From a virus: a stretch of DNA of 46,377 nucleotides. Positions 36,467-46,117 of this stretch are shown here, piece by piece. The stretch lies in the UHGV virus genome UHGV-1361494; one strand, 5' to 3'. A model generated the notes under the pieces. That model had not been told where the DNA came from, ran no database searches, and saw only the letters and a list, made by a program, of their open reading frames with translations. The first letter of the stretch is position 1. Every line of letters begins with the position of its first letter. Both the position numbers and the translations under genes were made by a program.

Positions 36467-36757
36467 ATGAAAAAATTAATCGCAGCAGCAGTATTCGCAA
36501 TGGCTTCATTTGGTGCGTCGGCTGGCGAGTTTTGCAATGCAGTTGGTGAGTTCGGTGAAGCGGCAGCAGAAGCCCGTGATGCTGGCGTATCAAAGCAGCT
36601 CGCGCTGATTGTTTCTTTTGGAGGCCAGTATAGCGCTGAATTTAACCAACTCAGCAAGGCCATCGTTGATGGGGCATACAAAATGACAGACAAGACACCG
36701 AAAGAAGTGGCTGCTGTCGCCCGTGAAGTCTGCCTGTCAACGGTGGGCGACAAATAA
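36467..36757 (+). CDS. secreted (Sec signal peptide) small protein, function unknown
   Basis: 96 aa; MKKLIAAAVFAMASFGASAGE signal peptide (AXA site); strong SD AGGAGAG; two Cys in the mature part. Confidence 0.5.
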   Translation: MKKLIAAAVFAMASFGASAGEFCNAVGEFGEAAAEARDAGVSKQLALIVSFGGQYSAEFNQLSKAIVDGAYKMTDKTPKEVAAVAREVCLSTVGDK

Positions 36758-37113
36758 TGTGCCCGCTACTGATGTTTAAGGCTCGCAATCGCTACGTTAA
36801 GCTGGTGATGCGCGGCATGGATGAGCATGCAGCATGGCTGAGTGTGATGGGTGAGCTTAGAGAGGTTTATTTAAATGAACAAAATAGAATGACTTGAGTC
36901 TATGCACACCCTTCACGGTAAAGTTGAAATACTGTACGTTGTTGATGGATACCAGATTCAACGCACCTACGATGATGCTGAGGTGGGCAACCCAATCAAG
37001 GCATCGACTCTTTCTGAGTGCATTGATATGGCAATCAAAGAAGGTTGGGTGCCGCTAACTATGAACGCCGGATGATTAAAGCAATATGATGCTTAGATGA
37101 AATTAAGCCGCCA

Positions 37114-38058
37114 TCAGGCGGCTTTCTTGTGTGTATCCTGCCACGCCTCACGCTGCTTATCGAGTCTTTCCTGCGTTTTTTCAAGTATCACAGGCTTGCC
37201 ATCCATCACCAGTGCTGGGGTTTGCGCACAGTGGCAGTTACGGCGGTTTGCGCCTTCGCTGTAGAACTCATCAATCTCTTCCGGGGTGTAATATTTCCCA
37301 TGACGCGCGGCATGAGTAACGCGAGTTGTCTTCATCAGCGCCGACTGCCAGAGCATAATGGTATCCATCCCCAGCGTGACTTGCGCCTCTTTCACTTCGC
37401 GCCTGTTAGCCTCGCGCAGGGTGTTGGTAATTTCAGTCTGAGCGATTGACCGCGCATAACTCCTTGACACGTCCATGCGGTTAACGATGTTTTGCTCAAC
37501 CACTCCAGGAGCGTCGCCATTTGCAATGCCAGCAGTGATGACCTCTGCCACCTGTTGCCGCGTGTAATCTGAAAGGCCACCCCAATCGTTATACGTGCGC
37601 GTGTACGCTAACTGAAGCCTGTCGAGATACGGCTGAGAGTACAGGATTTCAGCAAGCGGCCTGCTGTCTTTATATGCCGACGACAGGTCGCCAAGGTCTG
37701 AGTTTGCCTTCTGCGTACCGGCATACATGGCATCGCTGACATAAGATGATGCCCACATTCTTCCGTGCGTGAAATCATCACCTTCCAGCAGATGACTATC
37801 AAGAATGCGCTGAAGTTCATCAAAGAATGTCGATGCGCGGTAGGCGGAGAAATCATAATAATAATTTCCAGCCTCAGCATTGCCGGTCGCCACAGGAATG
37901 GTGCGGAACAGCTCGGCAACCTGCGATTTTAGCGTCATATATCTGGCGTCAACGTCGCGCACCATCTTATTGACGCGACCCACTGCGCCGAGTGGGTCTG
38001 TTAGGCTCATGCTTAATTTTGGCTGCGGAAGCCGGGCATTAATTTTGAGGAGGCGCAT
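37114..38058 (-). CDS. head morphogenesis protein (phage Mu gpF / SPP1 gp7-like), start uncertain (38058 or 38010)
   Basis: ORF 37114..38163 lies directly downstream of the portal gene and overlaps its end, the canonical portal-MuF pairing. Bidirectional terminator at 37099-37118. Confidence 0.5.
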   Translation of the reverse strand: MRLLKINARLPQPKLSMSLTDPLGAVGRVNKMVRDVDARYMTLKSQVAELFRTIPVATGNAEAGNYYYDFSAYRASTFFDELQRILDSHLLEGDDFTHGRMWASSYVSDAMYAGTQKANSDLGDLSSAYKDSRPLAEILYSQPYLDRLQLAYTRTYNDWGGLSDYTRQQVAEVITAGIANGDAPGVVEQNIVNRMDVSRSYARSIAQTEITNTLREANRREVKEAQVTLGMDTIMLWQSALMKTTRVTHAARHGKYYTPEEIDEFYSEGANRRNCHCAQTPALVMDGKPVILEKTQERLDKQREAWQDTHKKAA

Positions 38059-39475
38059 CGGTCTGGCCCTGCTGTTGGTCTTGCTGTTGCTGCTGACCTT
38101 CCTGTAATCCGTCAGGAAGCTGCTCCTCCAGAGGCTCCATGCCAACAATGCCGCGCATTTCATCTGCGGTCATCAGGGCCATCTGTCCTGCATCGAATAC
38201 AGATTTGTTTGCAGTGGCAAGCTTGACCAGCAGGTCTGCTTTGTTCAGCTCGGAAGGTGCAAGCAGGTCATCCCATTTGCAGTAATAACCGCTCTCTGGC
38301 GCTTTATCCAGAATGCCAAAGGAAATCATCCGGTCGATGAACACCGAAATGATGTAGTCCAGCCAGTCCTCGCGGCGCTGTTTGGCGCTCATGGCGTCGT
38401 CGGTTTTATCCTCATCGGATGCAAGGCGGCCAGTCTGCTGACCAAACAGGATGGTGAATGGCTTCTTGATGGATGCCGCAAACTGGTTGGCCGCAATTGT
38501 CCATGTTGGCCCTGGGTCTGCTGGCGTCACCGAGAGCACTTTGACATCAGCGCCCATCGTGAACATCGCCGCGTCAATTGCCTCATTCAGACGCGCTACA
38601 TCCTCATTGAGCACATCAGCCAGTTCTTCCAGCGGCACGCCCATTTGCTGAGCCAGAGACTGAGCGGAAACGCTGTCTTTATTATAATTAACGTTGAGCT
38701 GCCGACTGGCATTCTTCAGGAAGCCCTCAGCGCTTGAGCCGGTGACTTTCGCCATGTCGATGAGGTGGTTATACCCAGCACGAAGAAGTGGGACGCCAGA
38801 GTAAATGGAGCCATCCATCGCACCCTCGGCAAATACGATAATGCGATCGGGATGAATGCTCAGGGAGCGCGTTGGTTTTCCGTCGCTGTTGCAGGCGCCG
38901 ACTACCGACTCCTGATATTCGTACATCTTCGGCTGACCATAGTCTTCGCTGGATTCGTCATTTTCCCATTCACTGACGCGGAGCTGCTCTTCCCACGCCG
39001 GAATGTAGCGGACAATGGCAGCATCCTTGATGCGTTTTGTTTTCGTGGTGTCTACCGGCTCATTCCACTGCCTTCCATCACGGATTTGCAGGATAAGGCC
39101 GGAGTAGCGGTTGATGAGGTTGCGGCGGTCTGCATCCTTGATGAACGGCGCAGCGCGCTTAAACAGCTTGTTGGCTGCTTTCTCCCACGGGGTGCTTGCT
39201 TTGTCATCGGCGCCTTCTTCGAGGATTTGCGGCGGAGTCTGCCAGCACTTATCGAGTACGCGATTGACGCCAGCGGTTGCCGGTGCATAGCGCTCATAGG
39301 CATAGCGGAACATCTCGGCGGTGATTTCTTCAGGGTAGCCACATTCGACATACAGTCTGGTGTGCTTTTGGTCTATGTTTACACCGCTAAACTCCCGACG
39401 CTGCCGCTCGATGAGCCTGTTATTGTTCGCCACTCGCTGCTGAATATAGGCGTTTACCGCCTCTAACTTTGACAT
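38039..39475 (-). CDS. portal protein
   Basis: 478 aa, between the TerL side and the MuF-like gene. Acidic Gln-rich C-terminal tail ([21 protein letters not shown]). Confidence 0.7.
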   Translation of the reverse strand: MSKLEAVNAYIQQRVANNNRLIERQRREFSGVNIDQKHTRLYVECGYPEEITAEMFRYAYERYAPATAGVNRVLDKCWQTPPQILEEGADDKASTPWEKAANKLFKRAAPFIKDADRRNLINRYSGLILQIRDGRQWNEPVDTTKTKRIKDAAIVRYIPAWEEQLRVSEWENDESSEDYGQPKMYEYQESVVGACNSDGKPTRSLSIHPDRIIVFAEGAMDGSIYSGVPLLRAGYNHLIDMAKVTGSSAEGFLKNASRQLNVNYNKDSVSAQSLAQQMGVPLEELADVLNEDVARLNEAIDAAMFTMGADVKVLSVTPADPGPTWTIAANQFAASIKKPFTILFGQQTGRLASDEDKTDDAMSAKQRREDWLDYIISVFIDRMISFGILDKAPESGYYCKWDDLLAPSELNKADLLVKLATANKSVFDAGQMALMTADEMRGIVGMEPLEEQLPDGLQEGQQQQQDQQQGQTDAPPQN

Positions 39476-39524
39476 TTCGTCACCATAAAAAATCCCATCG
39501 CATGGATGGGATTATAGCATGGTA

Positions 39525-39725
39525 TCAGTCACCAAAGGCTCTCTCTTGAAGGGCCTGGTCATTGTTATGGAATATAGCAAGCTCCATTCTATCCCCAAGA
39601 ACCAAACCGCGACATTTGGCGTACAATTTATAGCGCTTTCCACTGAATCCAGGCTTAAACCATATCTCCTCAATCCACTTCCTGCAACCAACCGCAACAT
39701 CATGAATCTGTTTTCTTGTCATCAC
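39525..39725 (-). CDS. hypothetical protein
   Basis: 66-aa ORF; one of five small minus-strand ORFs between the plus-strand island and the portal gene. Confidence 0.3.
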   Translation of the reverse strand: MMTRKQIHDVAVGCRKWIEEIWFKPGFSGKRYKLYAKCRGLVLGDRMELAIFHNNDQALQERAFGD

Positions 39726-39903
39726 TTCACCTCAACGCATTGCAAATTGTCAACATTTGGACTTACATCATTCCACGTCCGCTTTTCCTCAGCGATTTTC
39801 ATTGCCGTAATGGCCGCCCTGCACTGCTCCATGCTTTGCATCGGCACCACCTGCATATTGGACGTGTTGCTTGTGATTACGAATATCAGGAAGAAATACG
39901 ACA

Positions 39904-40125
39904 TCACTTCGCCTCATCATCAACCAGCGATCTGAACCATGCTGGCTGCGACTTCGCAGCGAGTTTATAGTCAACACTCTGAATGTAACGTGCAGCATCA
40001 TTCAGCTTGTCGGAAAGATAATAAAGTGACTTCCTTGCTCCAAGAAGCATGGCAGCGAATACCAGCATCACAATCAGGTGCGGATTGATGATGCAGAACA
40101 GGATTGTTTTGACGGCTTTCATCAC
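39904..40125 (-). CDS. hypothetical membrane protein (one TM)
   Basis: 73 aa; hydrophobic segment ILFCIINPHLIVMLVFAAMLLGA. Confidence 0.3.
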   Translation of the reverse strand: MMKAVKTILFCIINPHLIVMLVFAAMLLGARKSLYYLSDKLNDAARYIQSVDYKLAAKSQPAWFRSLVDDEAK

Positions 40126-40297
40126 TCAATCTCCTCGCCATCAATCCAGCGTTGCAGGACTTCGATAAGCTGCGCGGCCTGGTGTTTGTCGATGATTACA
40201 GTGTCGTGGAATTGACACAACATCAAATCATGCTCATCTGACAGCCTTCCATTAATTATTAGATTGCACTCATCTAATTTTGTATGACCTTCAATAA

Positions 40298-40537
40298 TCA
40301 TAAATCACCACCCTCATCGTTATTTAGCTCAACATTCCGAAAGAAATCATTAATCGTCTTCAGGCCACTGTAACCACGACGCCGCTGCAACTCACACAGC
40401 ACTTCATCATACATGCGCAGAAGAATAGCCTCATCAACATCGTACCTTTCGCACAGTGCTTCATCAGACACGCCAGCTCTTGCGAGTGAGTATATTTTTT
40501 CCTTCTGCTCCCACGAAAAAGATGAGTATGCCTTCAT
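40298..40537 (-). CDS. hypothetical protein
   Basis: 79-aa ORF. Confidence 0.3.
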   Translation of the reverse strand: MKAYSSFSWEQKEKIYSLARAGVSDEALCERYDVDEAILLRMYDEVLCELQRRRGYSGLKTINDFFRNVELNNDEGGDL

Positions 40538-40571
40538 GATGCCCCCGGTGATGTAGTTATGTCAATGCGCC

Positions 40572-40600
40572 TTGACGTAGATTCTAGCATGGCGTAGATT
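40572..40600 (+). promoter_or_regulatory. copy 5 of TTGACGTAGATT promoter (-35 TTGACG, 17 nt, -10 TAGATT)
   Basis: ttgacg 40572-40577; tagatt 40595-40600; upstream of plus gene 40627. Confidence 0.55.
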
Positions 40601-40626
40601 AAAATGAAACCTCTCGGAGAAATCTT

Positions 40627-40917
40627 ATGAAATGTGTCATTTTCGAGCTTGATGGCGTGCTGCGCGATGCGGAGGGAAATGCTATTGCTGGCAACGTTGC
40701 GCTGGCTAAGTCGCTCTACTCTGCCGGGCATGACGTGCTTATCATGAGGGCAAAGCATGCGTATGAATGGCTGCATGCTAACGATGTATTCTATGATGAC
40801 ATCATGGCTTCGCACCAGCAGATTGATGCAGAAAGGGTGGCGATTGCGGTCGTGTCTAATGACGTGATTTATGCCGCCATGCGCAACGCGGGGATTCATT
40901 GCTGGCTTTATAAATAG
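40627..40917 (+). CDS. hypothetical protein with degenerate HAD-like motif I (IFELDGVL)
   Basis: 96 aa; SD GGAGA before ATG 40627. Single-gene plus-strand island between the TerL and portal regions. Confidence 0.35.
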   Translation: MKCVIFELDGVLRDAEGNAIAGNVALAKSLYSAGHDVLIMRAKHAYEWLHANDVFYDDIMASHQQIDAERVAIAVVSNDVIYAAMRNAGIHCWLYK

Positions 40918-40937
40918 ACCCCTGCTGGGGTCTCATC

Positions 40938-43472
40938 TCATCTCCTGCTCCTTCTAATCCATCCAGAGCCACGCTGTACGATGTGATCGTTGCATGCATA
41001 TCTGATTGCGTCAATGAAGTGGTTCCACGCATCCACAATATTTGTGAGCACGTTACCCGTCAGCTTGTCCACCTTGTAACTGTACATAGTGAACTCTTCC
41101 TGAGTCTGTGTGCAGCGGTCATGAATGATGATGCTGTCGCAACCCCTGAGCCAGGTTACACCCTCCTCCACGCTCCCGGGCCACTTATTGCATGGATGGA
41201 TATCAAATCCTGCGCGTTTGATGTGACTGATTGTTTCTGGCCGAGAGCAGTCCCCATACCATCTTGCCTTCCTGGAGAGTGGGAATGATTGCTCCATCGC
41301 TGTAGGTGTGTCGGTAATCTCAAGGCCTACACGGCCGTATTCGCGCGCGACGTAAAGGTTGCGGCGGTCATCAGGAAGTTTCTCAATGTAAACCTCAACC
41401 ATCGCCGTTGCGTCCTGCGAGAATCCAAAGTCGATGCCAAAGTAAGGCCCATGCCATTCCGGCTTAACCTCGAAATCAGCAACGCGCCACTTACCGCCAA
41501 ATACCTGCTCATCATTACGCTTATTAAAGCGCCCACCCCACACCCATTGATAGCGGTCGAAGTCGGTCTCTTTCATGCGTTGCATTTGGCTTGGGAGCGG
41601 AGTATCCCAGAACCACGGATTGTCTGAGTAATTACACTCCATAATCAGGTTTTCATCATCCTCATAGATGCCGCCATTTTCGCGCAATTTATTATAAAAA
41701 GGCTCAACCCATATTTTCCACGTCGGGTCATGCTCTTTATTTGGGTTGAAAGTCACCCATATCTCTGACCCTTCAGCGCGGACTGTTGGGGTGAGGATTT
41801 CCCAGCTTGTCTGGCTGACGTTTTCCGCCTCCTCGACCCAAGCTACTGTAATGCCAGCGAAGCCTTTTACGGTCGTCTGGTTGCGATACAGGCCTTTAAA
41901 GCGGAACTTTGCTTTCGTTACCTTGTGTGTTATTTCGTTGTTGATGACGCGAAACTCTTTTGTCTCGCCCTTGCGATCAATTTCGTCCTTCAGTTCCTGA
42001 TATGAGCTATCTTCAATGGACTGCTGAATCTCACGAAAGCAAGCTATCCTGTCAGGCTTAAAGCGTGCACGCTCCGTAAGTATTGTTGTTACTGTCCTTG
42101 TTTTTCCGCTGTTGTGTGTAACCGTGCCATCAGCAAGCAGGAAAAGATGATCGCCATCAATAGTGAACCCAGCGTATTCACCATGCCCGACATAAGACAA
42201 TGACACCTCAGTCATCTTTCCACGGGTTGACTTGGTTTTCTCTGCTATCTTCCTTTTTACTCGGCATGGGATTGTATGAAGGTCACCACTAACGAACACC
42301 TCCCATACGTCCTTTTCGTATATTCTTTTCTCACCTTTATATTCAAAGGTGACATCAGTCTTTTTGATTATGCTTGACTTGAAGCCAAGCGATCTTGCCA
42401 CATCCATCAAAGAGAAGGCCATTTCTTTATTTATTGATGTGAAAGAATAGCTTTTCTTTTTCTGGTCATAATGCGAATCAGTATCCAATAGCCCAGCCAG
42501 AATCTGAAGTCTTACCTCTCTGCTGTTTTTGATATAGCAGTCAGGTATGTGTTTATTATTAATCACCCCAAGCTGCTGCATTTTAGTTAGTAACGGGTTG
42601 GTGTTCTTCCCCATGCCAGCAGCTCGACCATTAGTTATCGCATAGACAGGGCATCTATCATCGTCGCGAACCTTTACCTGCATCCCGTATTGGCTTGCCA
42701 CGTTGTGAATGTAGTCAACTATCTCTGGATCAGGCGTGCACACTTCAACACCACGAGATGAACCATCACCTAACCATAAACCAAGAAAGTACGGGTCAAC
42801 TGGGACGCTTTGGTCATTAAAATCCCATCCTGTTCGCCACCCTTTAAAGACATGGCGGAACTTTTTGGAAGTTGCGCGCGACAAATATTCTGAAACACCA
42901 ATATTCAGTATTTCAGGTTCATTCGGGTAATAACGATAAATTCTTTTACCATCCGGTGTTTTTGTCTCGTCACTGATAGCAGATGGAATCTTTCGTAATG
43001 ACAGTATGTGACTTGAGTTGACAGTGTAGTCATCAGCATATTTTTGATGAACCGTATACATGTCATCAAACCCCCGACAGATGTTTAAAACATTTCGTGG
43101 TTTACTGTCTGGACCCATAACCTTATCGCCAACAACGATATCCTCTACGCGTTTTAGGCTACCATCAAACATCCTCACCATCGTGCCGATGGCTAAGCAT
43201 CCGCGCCCGCCAAACACAATCTTATTACGCTTGGGGTAAAGTAGCTTTTCCAGCTTTTCTGGTATCAGGTGATCAACGCCAATATCAGAGTCGCTAACGT
43301 CATCAACTCCGCTTTGCGTCATTTTTAGTTTGCGAACAATCTGCTTATCTGTATTAACAACACCGAACACCGCAGATTCAGGCGCATCAATCACGCCATC
43401 GCCAATAATCTCTTCGAGTTTTTCAATTGCTGGTGCTGAGAGTCTTTTGCGTGCCATATATAGATTCCTCAT
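40938..43472 (-). CDS. terminase large subunit precursor interrupted by a LAGLIDADG intein
   Basis: 844 aa. Walker A is split: IVFGGRG|C...HN|SGKTRTVTTI. The downstream ATPase and C-terminal RNaseH-like nuclease domain have size and motifs typical of TerL. It lies next to the TerS-like gene. Confidence 0.85.
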   Translation of the reverse strand: MRNLYMARKRLSAPAIEKLEEIIGDGVIDAPESAVFGVVNTDKQIVRKLKMTQSGVDDVSDSDIGVDHLIPEKLEKLLYPKRNKIVFGGRGCLAIGTMVRMFDGSLKRVEDIVVGDKVMGPDSKPRNVLNICRGFDDMYTVHQKYADDYTVNSSHILSLRKIPSAISDETKTPDGKRIYRYYPNEPEILNIGVSEYLSRATSKKFRHVFKGWRTGWDFNDQSVPVDPYFLGLWLGDGSSRGVEVCTPDPEIVDYIHNVASQYGMQVKVRDDDRCPVYAITNGRAAGMGKNTNPLLTKMQQLGVINNKHIPDCYIKNSREVRLQILAGLLDTDSHYDQKKKSYSFTSINKEMAFSLMDVARSLGFKSSIIKKTDVTFEYKGEKRIYEKDVWEVFVSGDLHTIPCRVKRKIAEKTKSTRGKMTEVSLSYVGHGEYAGFTIDGDHLFLLADGTVTHNSGKTRTVTTILTERARFKPDRIACFREIQQSIEDSSYQELKDEIDRKGETKEFRVINNEITHKVTKAKFRFKGLYRNQTTVKGFAGITVAWVEEAENVSQTSWEILTPTVRAEGSEIWVTFNPNKEHDPTWKIWVEPFYNKLRENGGIYEDDENLIMECNYSDNPWFWDTPLPSQMQRMKETDFDRYQWVWGGRFNKRNDEQVFGGKWRVADFEVKPEWHGPYFGIDFGFSQDATAMVEVYIEKLPDDRRNLYVAREYGRVGLEITDTPTAMEQSFPLSRKARWYGDCSRPETISHIKRAGFDIHPCNKWPGSVEEGVTWLRGCDSIIIHDRCTQTQEEFTMYSYKVDKLTGNVLTNIVDAWNHFIDAIRYACNDHIVQRGSGWIRRSRR
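42111..43199 (-). mobile_element. intein (363 aa) with LAGLIDADG homing endonuclease domain in the TerL P-loop
   Basis: Starts CLAIGTMVRMFDGSLKRVEDIVVGDKVMGPDSKPRNVL..., ends ...LLADGTVTHN, +1 Ser. LAGLIDADG motifs YFLGLWLGDGSS and ILAGLLDTDSHY. Boundaries were derived by codon counting on the reverse strand (Cys codon 43199-43197; Asn codon 42113-42111). Confidence 0.85.
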
Positions 43473-43556
43473 CAGGGCATCATTGAAGTGAATGCGGCAG
43501 GCGGTGATGAGTCGCTTTTCGGGTGCCCCCTAGCCGCATTGATTATTATAAATCAG

Positions 43557-43973
43557 TTACTGTTGCTGCTCCAGTAATTTCTCCAGTCGCTCAAGGCGTG
43601 CGGCGAGCTCTGTTACTTCTTCGATATCAAGCCCAGTCCTGATAACCTCAGCAAATGTCTTGCCAATGTCCACAGGTATAACGCCAGCGGCTATGCCACG
43701 AATAACGGCGTCAATCTTCTGAACAGGGGTTCCGTCATCAGGGAAGTCCACCTCAAACACTGGGGCGACTGGTTTCGGCAACGGACTGAACCGAACGATA
43801 AGCTCCTTCATCATTGCAGTGTCACGTTCAATCATCGCCATCTCAACGATGGTGTCATAGAGCTTTTCCTCACTAAATCCCTTTCTCTCAAGAGCTTCAA
43901 CGAGCAACTTACGCTTGTCTTTCCCGCGTTTGTTTTGTGGTTGATTTTCTTTACTGAATAGCTTTTTAGCCAT
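43557..43973 (-). CDS. putative terminase small subunit
   Basis: 138 aa, basic N-terminus (KENQPQNKRGKDKRKLLVEALERKG), C-terminal coiled coil; immediately upstream of TerL. Confidence 0.5.
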   Translation of the reverse strand: MAKKLFSKENQPQNKRGKDKRKLLVEALERKGFSEEKLYDTIVEMAMIERDTAMMKELIVRFSPLPKPVAPVFEVDFPDDGTPVQKIDAVIRGIAAGVIPVDIGKTFAEVIRTGLDIEEVTELAARLERLEKLLEQQQ

Positions 43974-44052
43974 AGATAAAACCTATCAATATTCCGCTTT
44001 TTTTCCGTTATTTGATATTGTAACAGATTCTACACCATGACGTTAATGGCAA

Positions 44053-44080
44053 AAAAAGAACCCGCCGAAGCGGGTTAAAG
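44053..44080 (-). terminator. rho-independent terminator upstream of the packaging/late operon
   Basis: The minus-strand sequence aacccgcTTCGgcgggtt is followed by a T-tract. Confidence 0.5.
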
Positions 44081-44272
44081 GGTGGTGGGTGATGATTGAT
44101 GAGATGATTGTACATCAGTTTTCGCATAACACCAAACATTACAGTTATTGCTTTGAACGTGAACCACCTCAATCGCATCAGGAAAGGCTTTGGCGATTGC
44201 TGCTATGAAGTGGTCGACACCCTCAAGCTGAGCCATCTGCCACACCTCCTGCTTTGATTTTTGTGGCATCAC
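44075..44272 (-). CDS. hypothetical protein
   Basis: 65-aa ORF. Confidence 0.3.
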   Translation of the reverse strand: MMPQKSKQEVWQMAQLEGVDHFIAAIAKAFPDAIEVVHVQSNNCNVWCYAKTDVQSSHQSSPTTL

Positions 44273-44519
44273 TGATACCTCGTAGTTGAGTACATATGCC
44301 GAAGCATGCTGTTATGCTCAACCACCATCATCATGCTGCCAACCTGAATGACTGCATGATGCTTACCAGTCTCCTCATAAAGAAAATCAGCCTCTTCGCA
44401 CGCCGCCTGAATGTCGCTCCACAACATGATTCACCTCACGATAAAGTATATAGCCAGTGCAACGGCAATTCAGAATGCCAGCAGTGATACTGCAATTAGC
44501 CTGCGGATGATGTATGGTT

Positions 44520-45572
44520 TCATGGTTTATCCTCCTGCGGAGCTGATGGCAGAGGTTGCCAGTGGGTTATCTTTGCGTATGTATCTACCCAGTAACCCCA
44601 AGGGTGAGGCTGCGAACCAGTTGCGTAGTGAGCAGTGAATACGCGTTCTCCATCAAATACATTCACTTCAATGTCGCTGTATTCGCAATCAGCAGAAGGG
44701 GTCAATGGCATCCGCTCGCTTACCGGAATCCATTTGCCCGGCACGGTGGCCGGCTCGATGACGGGTGACTGCTGGCCAGCTGCTAACGTGGAGTCGATGA
44801 TATACTGGCGCATCCAGTTAGCTCCACGTGCAAACACGTCTACCGGGTCTCCGTGGTAATCACCTATTTCATATGCCTGCTCTGGTGTCATTTCCTCCGG
44901 AGATACCGGTGCTGGCTGCGCGTGACGATATAGCTTCGTACCGTATGGCATTTGCTGAATGCCTACAAGCGGTCTAATCTCTCGCTCCCCAAAATCTTCG
45001 TGGTCACCATAAATTGAAACCACTTCTGCCACCGGCTCGCTGTCCATTGCGGACAGCGCCAGTTCAGCAGGCTGCAGGTCAGCCAATATTTCTTCGCGCG
45101 CGCTTTCGAATGCTGTCTGTCGTGATGCCATTTTCAGAGCTTTGGCGATGCTGTGGTTTGCCTTGCTCATTTGGCCCCCCTCGCGCAGCTGCTTGGCGAA
45201 CTTAAGCGCCTCTTCGGTCGTGCCATTCCAGCGGCCGCCCCTACTGGAAACCCACTCCTCCACCCCATCAGCCTTGATACCGGCTACGATGCGATCTGAG
45301 GCTGGGGTCGTTTCTTGCGGAGATACAGCAATACGAATGGTTTCTAGTGCCGGGTCAGTTTCAACTGTTGGCACCTTGATATAACCTAACTGCACCCCGT
45401 TCATGATGAACATGCGGCGATCATCGCTCGTCGCCTTCAGCGCTATATTCTCCACAGCCAGCTGAACGCACAGCTTTGCAACCTTGAGGTATTTTTCCTC
45501 TTTGATTGAGAGCTCACCACCGCCCTCAAGGTTTTTAATAATTTCATGAACTTCGTTAATTTCGATATCCAT
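44520..45572 (-). CDS. hypothetical protein with C-terminal DUF551-like region
   Basis: 350 aa; the C-terminal ...GKWIPVSERMP...W..LPSAPQ pattern resembles DUF551, which is found at the C-terminus of many phage early proteins. Confidence 0.4.
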   Translation of the reverse strand: MDIEINEVHEIIKNLEGGGELSIKEEKYLKVAKLCVQLAVENIALKATSDDRRMFIMNGVQLGYIKVPTVETDPALETIRIAVSPQETTPASDRIVAGIKADGVEEWVSSRGGRWNGTTEEALKFAKQLREGGQMSKANHSIAKALKMASRQTAFESAREEILADLQPAELALSAMDSEPVAEVVSIYGDHEDFGEREIRPLVGIQQMPYGTKLYRHAQPAPVSPEEMTPEQAYEIGDYHGDPVDVFARGANWMRQYIIDSTLAAGQQSPVIEPATVPGKWIPVSERMPLTPSADCEYSDIEVNVFDGERVFTAHYATGSQPHPWGYWVDTYAKITHWQPLPSAPQEDKP

Positions 45573-45578
45573 AAATCC

Positions 45579-45857
45579 TCACTTAACCGCCTGTAAACGC
45601 TCAAGCTCACGCATCAGCGCAGATACCCGGCGTTGCCGCAAAGTTTCTGCATGCTCTTTTGCCTGTTGCTCATCAAGCCAGTACTCACCACGTTTAAAGT
45701 AAACATCGCCAACTACAGCCACCTGCCCATCTGCGAATAGCTGTGCGCTTTCGTACTTCTGAATGCCACGGGTTAGCGCATACTTCGTGACCCATATAGT
45801 CTCAGCGCTTGCTGCGTTAGCGATAATCAGTAAAACCACTGCCAGTAATTTATTCAT
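45579..45857 (-). CDS. secreted small protein (signal peptide), function unknown
   Basis: 92 aa; MNKLLAVVLLIIANAASAETI signal peptide. Confidence 0.4.
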   Translation of the reverse strand: MNKLLAVVLLIIANAASAETIWVTKYALTRGIQKYESAQLFADGQVAVVGDVYFKRGEYWLDEQQAKEHAETLRQRRVSALMRELERLQAVK

Positions 45858-45872
45858 CGTTGCTAAACCGGT

Positions 45873-46067
45873 TTAGTTTCCACCAGATGACACGATAACC
45901 TGTTCAAGCACTCTCTGCTTGCCTTCGCCACTAAAAACGCGACAGACGCGCTTACCGTTGCTGTATGCTTGCATCGCCTGTGCCATCATAAAGTTCTGCG
46001 CCTTAACTGCGCCCATTTCTGGTTCCAGTTGAGTGCGCGTGTAGATTGCTTTGGTCATTTTCACCAC
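45873..46067 (-). CDS. hypothetical protein
   Basis: 64-aa ORF, first gene downstream of the minus-strand copy of the conserved promoter. Confidence 0.35.
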   Translation of the reverse strand: MVKMTKAIYTRTQLEPEMGAVKAQNFMMAQAMQAYSNGKRVCRVFSGEGKQRVLEQVIVSSGGN

Positions 46068-46088
46068 CTCGTTGTTGTTGGTGTGGTA

Positions 46089-46117
46089 ACTATACGATGG
46101 CGCTCAATCTACGTCAA
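46089..46117 (-). promoter_or_regulatory. copy 6 of TTGACGTAGATTGA promoter on the minus strand (-35 TTGACG, 17 nt, -10 TATAGT)
   Basis: Plus-strand tcaatctacgtcaa 46104-46117 = RC of the motif; RC of actata 46089-46094 = tatagt. Confidence 0.55.

Noticed and set aside
36343-36753. 136-aa minus-strand ORF overlapping the secreted-protein gene
   Set aside because: The plus-strand gene 36467..36757 has a strong SD, a signal peptide and a dedicated promoter. The minus ORF is the antisense frame and has no start context.
40534-40899. 121-aa minus-strand ORF overlapping plus gene 40627..40917
   Set aside because: The plus gene has the conserved promoter and SD. The minus frame has no RBS and would read into the promoter motif.
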